Origin: Camelus dromedarius
Lineage: Eukaryota
Assembly: GCF_036321535.1 (NCBI RefSeq)
Contig: NC_087451.1
Coordinates: 54,622,001-54,686,000 of the forward strand
Reading direction: 5' to 3'
DNA: 64,000 nt
Under the pieces are notes generated by a model. The model ran no database searches. It was not told the DNA's origin and saw only the letters and a list, made by a program, of their open reading frames with translations. Below, piece after piece: positions 1 to 10,955 of the stretch. The translations under genes were made by a program, and so were the position numbers. Numbering within the stretch: the stretch's first letter is position 1; each line of letters begins with the position of its first letter.

Positions 1-129
1 AGGGAGGGAGGGGGCAAGTGCCCCACTCCACGCTCTTGGTATTACTGATTACCATTAGTTGAGGGCCAACAGAACACCTTAGGTGAAGACATAATAGTAA
101 GTTGTTTATCCCCCAAGAAGCCTTTCATA

Positions 130-270
130 ATAATCACTAATGCTTGCCTAGTGCTGTAGCATTTGCATGTAAATTTTTATTTAATCCCGACAATAGACCC
201 ATCAATGGCGGATTATTATTGACCTATTTTTACAAATGAAACACAGGTTCAAAATTGTTTAATTATTGAC
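130..270 (-). mobile_element. MIR SINE fragment
   Basis: tttatttaatcc...attattattgacctatttttacaaatgaaacacagg, degenerate MIR core. Confidence 0.5.
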
Positions 271-627
271 TCTTGGTAATATGAGCTGTTCTTTGCAAAC
301 TTTTAAAACTAGGGGCCTACTGCTGCAGGGACCACTTATATAGCCCTCAGGAAAGAGGTACGTATAGACACAAAACCCACCCAACACACACACACAAATC
401 CAACTCATGCAAAGATAGACTTCATTTACTTGGAGCTTAATTTTCTATATTTTTTCCAGGAACTGGGCTACAGGCCTGGACACTTAAGGAAATGGAGAAA
501 GGCAGCATTCCTCGCCCTGCCTTAGAAAGAGCCTGTGTGCGTTCCCCTGTGCCTCTGTCCTCTGGGCAGGTGGAGATACCCCATGTGGTGGACATGGTCA
601 GCCTCCCTCTGGGGCCAAGAAAATGGC

Positions 628-646
628 TGAACAGCAGAGGGCGCTG
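628..646 (+). promoter_or_regulatory. CTCF motif, forward
   Basis: TGAACAGCAGAGGGCGCTG; 13/14 match to core CCASYAGRKGGCRS. Confidence 0.55.
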
Positions 647-1019
647 TGGAGCTACAGACCTTGCATTCATGGAGGGTAATCTGTTCTGGAGCCAGTGGTT
701 TTCCAGAGACAGCCAGAGATCCTGGGTGATCTTAGGCCTCTGGTGTTCTGTGATCCTACAGCAGATTCTTTTCTTTTCTCCAAAAACCTAAGTGACACCA
801 AAGAGGTAGCTGAGGGAGAGAGGGTAGAAAACATAATCTTCAGAGTCAGAGTTGGTTTTGAATTCCACTGCACCTTTTTGAACAGTTAGGTAAATAAATC
901 TGAGCATCAGTTTCTTCATAGGCAAGGAAGGTTATTAATTCTGTTGTGTAGAATTAGAGGTGAATTTGTATCAGGAGCCTCTTACAAGTATGGAACAACG
1001 GTTCCACACTTGTGTATTA

Positions 1020-1750
1020 AGGGCTTCCTCTCTGCCAAGCAGTCCTTGGCACTGGGGTCCACGATGGACAAAAAGCAAATGTGGCCCCTGCCCTCATGGG
1101 GCTAAAAGCTTAGCAGGGAAGACAGACTAATCGAATAACCCTATAGATAGAATGACAAATCACACTCGTGCAATTCAGTGCAACAAAGGAGTGGGCTTGG
1201 GGCTGGGTGAGGAGGAAGTACCTGAGCAGGGAGATGTCTCCGAGGTAGAGGAGTGAGTTTAATTTGAAGGATGCGTAAGAGTTTACGAAGCAAAAAAAGG
1301 TAGGGACAAAGCCTTTTAAGAAAAGGGGATCGCTTATGTAATGGCCATCTGTGCATGAACCTGACACAGGGCTAGTGGAACTGCAGGGCAGAGAGAACAA
1401 AGTGGAGTTTGGTGGGATATGAGGCCAGAGAGGTAGGGGTCAGATCACATAGGAACCCAAAGGCCTCCTTAAGGAATTTTGTCTTTGGCCTAAGAACAAT
1501 TATAACCATGAAGGGTTATAATCACAGGCTATCGTCGAATACGCACTTTAAAAAGGTCTTTCCGGCTGTAGACCTCATAGCAGACCCTTGACGATCTTCC
1601 CCTCACTGCACCCTCAGGTACTAAAGTTGCTAAATTCTGCTGGCTGATCCTTTCCCGTTATCCTTTGCATCCCTCAGCATCTCTTCATCAGATGATTGCA
1701 GTGGTTTCCTAACAGGTCTCCCTGCCTCCAATCATACCTCCTCTACACAA
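1020..1750. mobile_element. Two adjacent L2 fragments in opposite orientation
   Basis: cctgccctcatggggct...gaggccagagaggtagggg (minus) then gattgcagtggtttcctaacaggtctccctgcctcc (plus), typical L2 3' motifs. Confidence 0.55.
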
Positions 1751-1839
1751 GCTTGATCTTATTTGGTCTTCACCACATGCCTGCAAGGAAGCAAAGCAAC
1801 AATCCTTATCCCTATTTTGCAGATGAGAAAACTGAGGTC

Positions 1840-2721
1840 TAATGGTTCTGTGGAGCTGGCTCATACAGGCTCGTGGAAGTTAATTGTTAAAATTTCAGGA
1901 ATTTTGCAAACCAGTTGTTAAACACACCCAACTATTAAAAATTAAATTATACAAATTTGTAATTAAATTGTATTAAAAACAAAGGTAATAAATTCTCAAA
2001 ACTCATCACTTCCTAATAATTTTACTATTATTATTCACCTATGCTTGTGAGGTTACTTGTGTTATTGTATCTGCATGATGAAACTACTACATAATGGTAC
2101 ATTCTGTGTTCAGTAAAGTCAAGATGGCAGATTGAAATCAGCCTCGGTGGGAGTATTTACACCACAGAAATTGGCAAATGCTATAAATTGGGGCTTGATT
2201 TTTTGCTCTGTTGATTACCTAGATTTAAGAAAGTGATGGAGAAAACGTTAATAATTCAGATTTAAAATTAATGTGTTATGTCTATAGCCATTACATTGTG
2301 TATAGCACAAATGTTGAGGAAATATTCTCTCAGTATTTGGAAACTGTTATCCGATTTAGCAAAGAAGTTGCTCCCATAACTGACTGTTAAGATGTCTTTG
2401 TGTTTTCACTTTCTTCTTACATTGACACAGAAGGACATCAACCAATATTCACCTTGCAATTACATTTCCCAGTTAACTTAAACTACAGGTTGGCTACCCA
2501 TACAGGAGTTTGGCAAAAAACAGTGAAAGCATTCTGTGAAAATCAATTGGTTATAAGGAATTTGCAATTTTACATTATTATTTGTAAATTCTGTGCTACA
2601 CATCCTTTACATCAGTACAATTTATGATAAACTTATGTATATATATACGTATATATATATGTGCGTACAGTCCCCTTTCTACCCAACAGTCGTCTGTTTA
2701 ACATTTAACAGCACAACACTG
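1840..2721. mobile_element. hAT-type DNA transposon relic (hAT-Tip100/Arthur-like; subfamily uncertain)
   Basis: AT-rich body; right end ...aacatttaacagcacaacactg resembles recalled TIR CAGCACACCACTG; left end degenerate; abuts a MIR fragment. Confidence 0.6.
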
Positions 2722-3019
2722 GGTCTAGAACATGTTATCCACGTATCATTCCATAAATATTCCCTGGATGCCAAGATAGGGTACAGTTAGTCAATGAAGA
2801 AACGACTCGGTCAAGATCACACATCACAAGCAGCATAGGAGGGACCAGAGCCAGAGGTACTGTACTCCTAAGGCCAGCAGCTGTCTCCCAGGACTAGACC
2901 AGGCTTTGCAGGGCCACTCCCCCTCACCGTGGCAGAGGGGGAAGGGGGTTGTCTTCGACCTGAGCGCCCGGGAAGTGAAAAATCAAGGTCCCAGCAGGGT
3001 ACCAAGCACCAGGCAAGAA

Positions 3020-3157
3020 GCAGCTCACCGCCAATAGCGTCCCAGGCTGCGCGCAACGTCACGCTCTGTAGAGGCCGGCCCGAGCACGCCCCGGGAAGGG
3101 GGCGTGGCCACCATCTCCAGGAAGTGACGCCATCCGGGGGCGGTGCTCGGCGGCGGC
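3020..3157 (+). promoter_or_regulatory. SOCS7: SOCS7 TATA-less CpG-island promoter
   Basis: CCAAT 3031-3035, TGCGCGCA 3048-3055, CRE-like ACGTCAC 3056-3062, GC/KLF box GGGGCGTGGC ~3098-3107, ETS-CRE composite CAGGAAGTGACG 3118-3129, GGGGCGG ~3137-3143; CpG-rich through ~4350, directly upstream of exon 1. Confidence 0.8.
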
Positions 3158-3764
3158 NNNNNNNNNNNNNNNNNNNNNNNNNNNNNNNNNNNNNNNNNNN
3201 NNNNNNNNNNNNNNNNNNNNNNNNNNNNNNNNNNNNNNNNNNNNNNNNNNNNNNNNNNNNNNNNNNNNNNNNNNNNNNNNNNNNNNNNNNNNNNNNNNNN
3301 NNNNNNNNNNNNNNNNNNNNNNNNNNNNNNNNNNNNNNNNNNNNNNNNNNNNNNNNNNNNNNNNNNNNNNNNNNNNNNNNNNNNNNNNNNNNNNNNNNNN
3401 NNNNNNNNNNNNNNNNNNNNNNNNNNNNNNNNNNNNNNNNNNNNNNNNNNNNNNNNNNNNNNNNNNNNNNNNNNNNNNNNNNNNNNNNNNNNNNNNNNNN
3501 NNNNNNNNNNNNNNNNNNNNNNNNNNNNNNNNNNNNNNNNNNNNNNNNNNNNNNNNNNNNNNNNNNNNNNNNNNNNNNNNGGAGNNNNNNNNNNNNNNNN
3601 NNNNNNNNNNNNNNNNNNNNNNNNNNNNNNNNNNNNNNNNNNNNNNNNNNNNNNNNNNNNNNNNNNNNNNNNNNNNNNNNNNNNNNNNNNNNNNNNNNNN
3701 NNNNNNNNNNNNNNNNNNNNNNNNNNNNNNNNNNNNNNNNNNNNNNNNNNNNNNNNNNNNNNNN

Positions 3765-4324
3765 GTCAAGACGGTCGGCGGGGGTTGCTGCCCGTGCCCG
3801 TGCCCCCCGCAGCCTCCCCCTCCGCAGCCCGTNNNNNNNNNNNNNNNNNNNNNNNNNNNNNNNNNNNNNNNNNNNNNNNNNNNNNNNNNNNNNNNNNNNN
3901 NNNNNNNNNNNNNNNNNNNNNNNNNNNNNNNNNNNNNNNNNNNNNNNNNNNNNNNNNNNNNNNNNNNNNNNNNNNNNNNNGGAGGAGGCGGCCGGCTTCT
4001 GCTGCAGCCCCCAGGCCCTGAATTACCCCCGGTGCCCTTCCCGATGCAGGACTTGGTCCCTCCAGGGCGCTCGAGTAGAGGGGAGCAGCAACAGCAACCT
4101 CCCCCGCCCCCTCCTCCTCCTGGGCCCCTCCAGCCGCTCGCGGGCCCTTCTCGGAAGGGCTCGCTCAAAATCCGCCTCAGTCGCCTCTTTCGCACGAAGA
4201 GCTGCAACGGTGGCTCCGGCGGCGGTGATGGGGCCGGCAAGAGGCCTTCTGGAGAGCTGGCTGCTTCAGCTGCGAGCCTGACAGACATGGGAGGCTCTAC
4301 GGGCCGGGAGCTGGACTCGGGGAG
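3765..4324 (+). CDS. SOCS7: SOCS7 exon 1, visible coding part (start codon lies in the N-gap, inferred ~3549 or ~3357 for a longer isoform)
   Basis: One frame gives VKTVGGGCCPCPCPPQPPPPQP (3765-) and GGGGRLLLQPPGPELPPVPFP...GRELDSG (3981-); phase-2 donor AG|GTGAGA at 4325. Confidence 0.95.
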
Positions 4325-7300
4325 GTGAGACCGGCTGTGGGGCGGTGGGGCTGGCTGGCAAACTTCCTTTTTTTGTTTCATTTCCCTTTTTTTTCCCCTA
4401 CTGCTAACACGATCCTGACAGTTCTTAAGATATAGCCTTCATAAGGAGAAACAGAGACTTGGGACTAAAGATGGTGACTTCGCCCTTTAGGCCAGAGCTA
4501 ATTGTGGGAGCAGCCTTTGCTCTAAAAATCCAGTCCCCCTTGCCCCCTGCTCCGTGATACTTCTTAGCTGGTTAGCATCTCTCTAGTTGGGAGGTGATTT
4601 GAAACCATACCTTCATACCCCAACCCTGGCTCAGGTTTTAAAGTTTTTCCAAGTAGTTTGTCTCCTGTTACCCCTGGCAGGGAGCTTGCTGAAAATGTGT
4701 GGCCTTTAGGCAAAAAGTTGATGCTGCATTTTTGCTTATTCTTTCTGTGTATCAACACCTCACCCCCTTCACACTAACGCATACAAATGATGTGACAGAC
4801 TTGTGCAGTATGCCAGCAGTCAATTGGGCATCTCTATTCAGTTTTAATGTTTTCTTAGTTGGTCTCTTACATATACTTGTTATCTCAAGACTGTGTACTG
4901 ACCACTGTGAAAGTAGAAAAAAGCTTTGCTCTCAAGCCCATATGAGAATTGCGAGGTATGGACATGTGAGCTGTAGGCCATATGATGAAAATACCAAACT
5001 TAGCCATTGAGTTTTTCCCTGCATCTCTGAAGGGTGGACTGCTCTCTGACATCCAGTGTTAGATCTGTATATCAGTTTAGAAAGCTGTCAAGTTTTGTGT
5101 CAGTGAAATGAAACCTCCCTTGTGGTACCATCGTGGTTTGTGCTGTTGAATGGGTTCTTAGAACCATTGGAGTTGGTTTTGGTGTAGTTCATGTGATGGA
5201 TTCTTGAGACACACTGATGGATAGCCACAACCCAAGGCTGAAGAACAGGTAGACAAATAAATTGAGAACTTTACTGTGCACCAGAATCACATGGGGAGCT
5301 TTGGGAAAAGACCAGAGGACCCAAGAATATGAATTTTTGAAAAGCTCCCCTGTTGATCCAGAGATGTGGCCTGGATGGGGAACCATTCATCCATGAACTT
5401 TTCTTTTCAAGGGAACTTATACTCCAAGAGGAAAGTGTGGGGTCCCATTGACTTTGTTGCCTTTTCTGAACAGCTGTGCCAGGGGCTCATCCTGGGGATC
5501 ACCAAACCCAGATTCCCTAAAAAAATCAGTAGGTTGATGCATGTTGCCCCTTCAGGTAGGTGCATGTTTCTGCATTTGCCTCCCAATGAACTCATGCTGG
5601 GAGCTCAGGTCTGGAAAAGTGTGTGGCTGCTGAAACAGCTTATTTGTGGTAGGCTCTGCATTTCGATGCTCCACTTACCAGTGTAGATGAAATTTTCATC
5701 AGTTGGGGGAGGGCAGGATTGAAGCTGTGGGTAATGACATAGGATAGATGACTAATTTTCTTGTGGTTTGTCTACCTTTGTTGCGTATTGACCAGGACTT
5801 GGTCTAAGATTTCGGAGACACCAAATAAGAGGTGTGGCGTGAAATTAGCTGCTACATCTAATAGATTAGGAAGAGGAAGAGGCGAATANNNNNNNNNNNN
5901 NNNNNNNNNNNNNNNNNNNNNNNNNNNNNNNNNNNNNNNNNNNNNNNNNNNNNNNNNNNNNNNNNNNNNNNNNNNNNNNNNNNNNNNNNNNNNNNNNNNN
6001 NNNNNNNNNNNNNNNNNNNNNNNNNNNNNNNNNNNNNNNNNNNNNNNNNNNNNNNNNNNNNNNNNNNNGATGATTTGGAGAAGAGCTAGGTACTCATGTA
6101 TGAACGTTTGCTTGACTGCTGTTAAGAGGCAGCATGTTGTACAGAGAATGTGAACATCTAGGTTGCTTTTGGGCTCCAACACCAGCTGTAGGGTGCAGAC
6201 CAATTTTGTCTTCTTCATGCTTCCCCCCTTTTTTTCAGTCTGTAAAATGGGAGTGCTTCCGGTCTTGTTCCTGTCCTTACGAATAGAGAATGAAGACAAG
6301 AGAAATTGAGATGGAATATTTTGTGCTTTTGGAGAAGTAATGAGATTGAACTGGTGATTTTTTTTTTTAAATGCTTAGGATTTGGTGCTGTTAGATTTGC
6401 TTGTTAGCTTTCCCACACCTTACTATGTGCCAGTCTTGCTGGCAGCCTCGCAGCTGTGAGAATCTTGGGAAGTCTGGCCGGGGTAGTTGTGATTGCTATG
6501 AATCTGCACCTCCTTACTAAGTCTGCCCTATTGGGAGGAAGGCTAAGTTTGGGTTTTTAGCTTGTTCTCTTATTTTGATTGGTAGGACCTGGAAGCCATG
6601 AGAAATGTCTGTCTTTTGCCAGAAGGTATATGCCTGCCTTCTTATTGTTGGTTGGAGTTAATTACCAGTCTCTGCAGTCTTTGCTGTATAATTTTGGGCT
6701 TTTACAATAACCTCTGGGCATGATTCTCTTTGCTCTTCTCAGCATCTGCCTTTCCCACAGCTATCACTAGAAAATCCCTCCTTCAGTCATTTTTATAAGG
6801 CTTAACAGTTTCCATATTTTAACATTAAGCAAAACTAGTTTATTTCAGATGCGTTAGAGTCTGCTAAGTTGACCTTCCTGGTTATACTGAGTCTCAGAGA
6901 ACTCTTTTGAAGTGAAGGAAGAAATAGGCCCACCAGCTAATCAGGTTTCTGTTCTGGAGAACTGGGCGAGACCATGTAACACACATATGTTGGAATTCAA
7001 AGAGCTGGGCTTGATGCCTATGGGCTTCAGTGTTATATAGAACTGCTATTTCAGGAAAACCAGTGAAGTTCCCTTGTCTGTTTCACATATGCTGAGCTGA
7101 TTGTCTTCCTTTGTATTTGGTGAGAAATCACATTTGATCTGACTTTTTGGAATCATCACATAATACGTACTTGGTTGGAAATGGGTACCTTGTTTGTTTC
7201 TCAAGGTTTGCTTTTTTCCTACTTAACAGTTGAGGCTATTACTGGCAGTCTTCATAGTTGTGAGGTGGAAAAATGGAGAACAGTTCTGTAGTGGTTTCCT

Positions 7301-8554
7301 ATCTGTTTGTTTGGGGAAGAAGATCCAATTCTGGAAAGAGAGGCAGGCTGCCTTGGCATCAGTTTGGGGCCCTGCTGTCGTGGACAGACCTGGCAGATAC
7401 GAGAAACCCTTTTTTTCTTGGGTCTTCACGTCTAAGGGGGTCTTTTTGAGAAAGAGCAGGACATGCTGAGAGCGAAATGATTTTATGGTATGGGGAGGAC
7501 TTTATGACTTTATGTTTGTATTTTGGGTCCATGCTTCGTTGATCTTTTTGACTATTTTTCCATAAAGTGGTTGTGGTTGGCAGCTTTCTTTTGGGATGAG
7601 CAGCCTGGCTTCAGAAATCTCTGTCTGTTTGAGTCTTGTGTCTTTTACTCTGTAACATTTTGCCCACTAACATAATTTCTAAGGTTAGACCTTGGGCTGT
7701 GCCTCTGGGCTTTTCCCTGGAAGTTCGCTCCATAGGTTCTTTAGTTGGTTTACGATGGAGTTTTGGNNNNNNNNNNNNNNNNNNNNNNNNNNNNNNNNNN
7801 NNNNNNNNNNNNNNNNNNNNNNNNNNNNNNNNNNNNNNNNNNNNNNNNNNNNNNNNNNNNNNNNNNNNNNNNNNNNNNNNNNNNNNNNNNNNNNNNNNNN
7901 NNNNNNAGCAGGGCAGAGGTAAATTGTGGCTGCAAAACCTGATATTTGGACCTCCTACTTTAGAAGTTAGAAAAGGACATGTGTAAATCTTAGGACACCG
8001 TAAAGGAGATTAATGGACGAGAGAGAGAGCATTACTATTTCATTGTTTATATTTTAGGTTTCAAGGTATTTGAAAAGTGGCCAATGGATATATCAATGTG
8101 TTGTCAGCCTGTCTAGTCTAATGCTTTTAACTCCTTTTATCCCGCAGATCTGTTGCTGAACAATTAATTTGCAGAGTGGAAGTGGATAGAGGCCTCCTCT
8201 CTCTTTGTTACTTGCAGCGCAAGCAATGCATAGCTGACACAAAGGACTGTTAGCCTTAAAGATGGCCTTTGCATAAGGTCTTCTGCTGCCTCTGTCCTGT
8301 TCTGCTACCTGAGGCATAGCCCACAAAGTCCTACCCCACCCCACCCCTCAGGCCCTTCTGCTGCTGATGCAAGTGGCCTACTGGCAGAGTTACAGTGACT
8401 TAACTTTGTACTCTAATGCTTGTCAGGGTGATCTGGGGAGGAATAAAATGACATGGGAATGTAGTATAGAAGGGTTAGTTAAAAATGTTATCCAGAGCTG
8501 TATCTTTCGTGTTGCTCTCCAAAAAACAGCACATCCAGCTTAGAATGATTATCA

Positions 8555-8770
8555 TTTAAAATGTTTCATATATTTATATATGGAGATATATAAAGTGTAT
8601 GTACTCTAATAATGAAATGTATACGTAGGTATCCATCTCTAAACTTAACAAATAGAATGGTACCTTTGAAGACCCCTGTGTGTTACCTCCTGATTACATC
8701 TCCCCTCCCCCATGTAACCACTATCCTCAATTTTTTGTTAATCATTCCCTTGCTTTGTTTTTTTATAGTT
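8555..8770 (-). mobile_element. Old L1 (L1ME-like) 3' fragment
   Basis: gtaaccactatcctcaattttttgttaatcattcccttgcttt motif of ancient L1 3'UTRs. Confidence 0.5.
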
Positions 8771-9864
8771 GTCTAGATTGGTCTTTTTATGAATGACTGC
8801 CATTAGAATGCTCTCAGGATCCTTGAGACAGAAACTGCTTTGGATTTTTAGTTATACAATGTCTCCCCAAAGAGTGAGGGAAGCACTCATATTTATTGTT
8901 AGCCTTTCAGCCTCTTAGACCTTCTATCTCTCTAAGCTTCCAGCTCTGAGACCCCCTTATTTGCCAGAAGAAGCCATTCCAGGGCTCTTAAATGGCTCTG
9001 CCTGGGTTTAGAGTCAGATGTATTTCTTTTTCTAGATTCTGGAAGCTATGATTTTCTCCTTCAGAATGCTGGGGATGGGGAGAAGATGAGCTGGAGCGAG
9101 AAGGCCTCCGCAGGATGTGTGCATTTGGGTACTGCTGTTCTTCAGTGCTTGGCACTGAGGAGGCTCGTCCTCAGCATGGGCAGATGGCAGAGTAATGCAG
9201 CTTCCTTTGAAAAGAGGCAAACGGCCAAATGGCTGAGGTGTGAACCCTTTGAAAGGCCAGTGCTTTAGGTTTCTGCTTGCTGAGTTTAATGTTGTACCCA
9301 CAAGTTATCGAATAAAAATCAGCTTGGAATCTCTTCAGTCTTAAAGCTCATGTCCAGTGAAATTAACTTTCCATTCCAGCCCTCTGGAGTGTTGGGACTA
9401 AGCTGCAGACGGCCATGAGTGACTTTTATAAATAGACTGTGTGTGCTTGTGTCTTGTTCTGATGCAGCCCCTCTCCTGTGTGTGCTGTGGGTGGGGCGTT
9501 CACGGTGGGCACCATCATTAGACTTCTCAAGTCGCAGCATGGAGGCGGCTGCAGAGGAAGTGTGATAGGTCAGGAGAGGGAATCCAGCATCTCGGCTATT
9601 TCTGAGGAAGGTCTTCACAGTATGGTTGTGAAATTCTGTTTGAAGTGAGTTCTGAGAAGCACAGACTTCTTTTTTAAAACATAAACACATAAAGATCTTC
9701 CAAAATTAAATAATTTTAAATAGGATTTCATTTTGGATTTTCTTTGCTTCTGCCCCCGTCTACTGGTGCAGCTGAAGTTTTATTTAGTCCTTTGGGTGAA
9801 AGTACTTTTGGAAAGTGAACCGGCTACAAGGTGTAGAGTCAGGCACTTAATTTGGTGGTGGAAT

Positions 9865-10032
9865 TTTTTTTGTTTGATTCATTGAGATATAATTTATATA
9901 CCACCTAAAATACACCTTTTTCAGTTGTTCAGTTCTATTAATTTTGACAAATGTATTTAGTCATCATAACCTCTAGTGCAGTCAAGGTATAGCATATTTT
10001 CATCACCTCCACAAGTTCTTTCCCTTGTAGTC
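9865..10032 (-). mobile_element. L1M 3'-end fragment
   Basis: T-rich lead then attgagatataatttatatacc...aaaatacacc...ttttgacaaatgtat...gtcaaggtatagcatattttcatcacc. Confidence 0.6.
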
Positions 10033-10890
10033 AATTCAGTCATCCTGAGGTGAGTTTTTTGGGCTTAGCACGTTTCTAACCAGAAGGTCTTCGTCAGAGT
10101 CTTTTGGATTTCTTTCATTTCGCACTGAAAAGCCAGTTGAAATTGATGCAAAGTGAAGTTACTTCTGGTGTATCTTTTCACAGGATGTCTGGGTTTCCCA
10201 GCTGGTTTAGGGGAGCAGCATCAAGGAGAGGTCACGGGGCGAGCACTATGACTGGCAGCTCAGAGAGGGGAAGGTGCCACCTTCTTTGGGTGCGAGACAG
10301 TGCCCCTAACTGGAAGGGGCCCCCTTGTTAGCTGATGGCTTTGACCCATGGCTTGGGGACATTTGTGCAGAAATCCGAGGTCTTACTAGTTGCAAATTGC
10401 AGGTGCATCCTGTAGTGCTGCTCTCAAGTCCCAGAATTGTGCCTGGTTCACGGCCTCCTGCTCCTAAGGGTGGGCGCAGAGGGAAAGCTGTTGCCCTGAG
10501 ATGGCACCTGTTCAGGTCAAGAACCTTTTTCTTGGCTCCCATATGAAAATCAACTCTGCATCTGACTTCCTCCCTCTAGAAATGGACATGCTAATTACCA
10601 CTCAAGGTGTTTAATTTTTTCAATGTGCTGGGTATGGGAAGATCTAAAGGGCTTTCTTATTGCTTGGTAGGCTGGTGAATTCTGTAGCCAAATCTATTTA
10701 AGGGATTGCCTTAATGATTTCATTCTCCCCCTTTAAATTTTAGGCTTTATTACAAAAGTGTGGCTGACAATGACTAGGGTTTGCTTTGTTTTTCGGTGCA
10801 TCTGGAATTGAGTGTTGCGGTGATTTAAATGCATGTGTATTCATTCCCCGCCTCATTCTCTCTGTGTGCTTTCTCACCCCTCCCCCCCAG

Positions 10891-10955
10891 GAAACCCAGG
10901 TTGACAAGAACTCAAAGTGCCTTTTCTCCAGTCTCCTTCAGCCCCCTGTTCACAG
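10891..10955 (+). CDS. SOCS7: SOCS7 exon 2 (65 nt)
   Basis: cccccccag|G AAA CCC AGG... KPRLTRTQSAFSPVSFSPLFT; donor G|GTAAGG; phases 2 to 1. Confidence 0.97.

Noticed and set aside
1-2900. GPR179, the upstream neighbour in human
   Set aside because: No GPR179-like exon seen; it should lie outside the window.
2929-4381. Long ORFs 2929-4281 (+), 3143-4021 (+), 3059-4381 (-)
   Set aside because: Inflated by N read-through in a GC-rich island; only the frame containing 3765/3981/4032 gives SOCS7.
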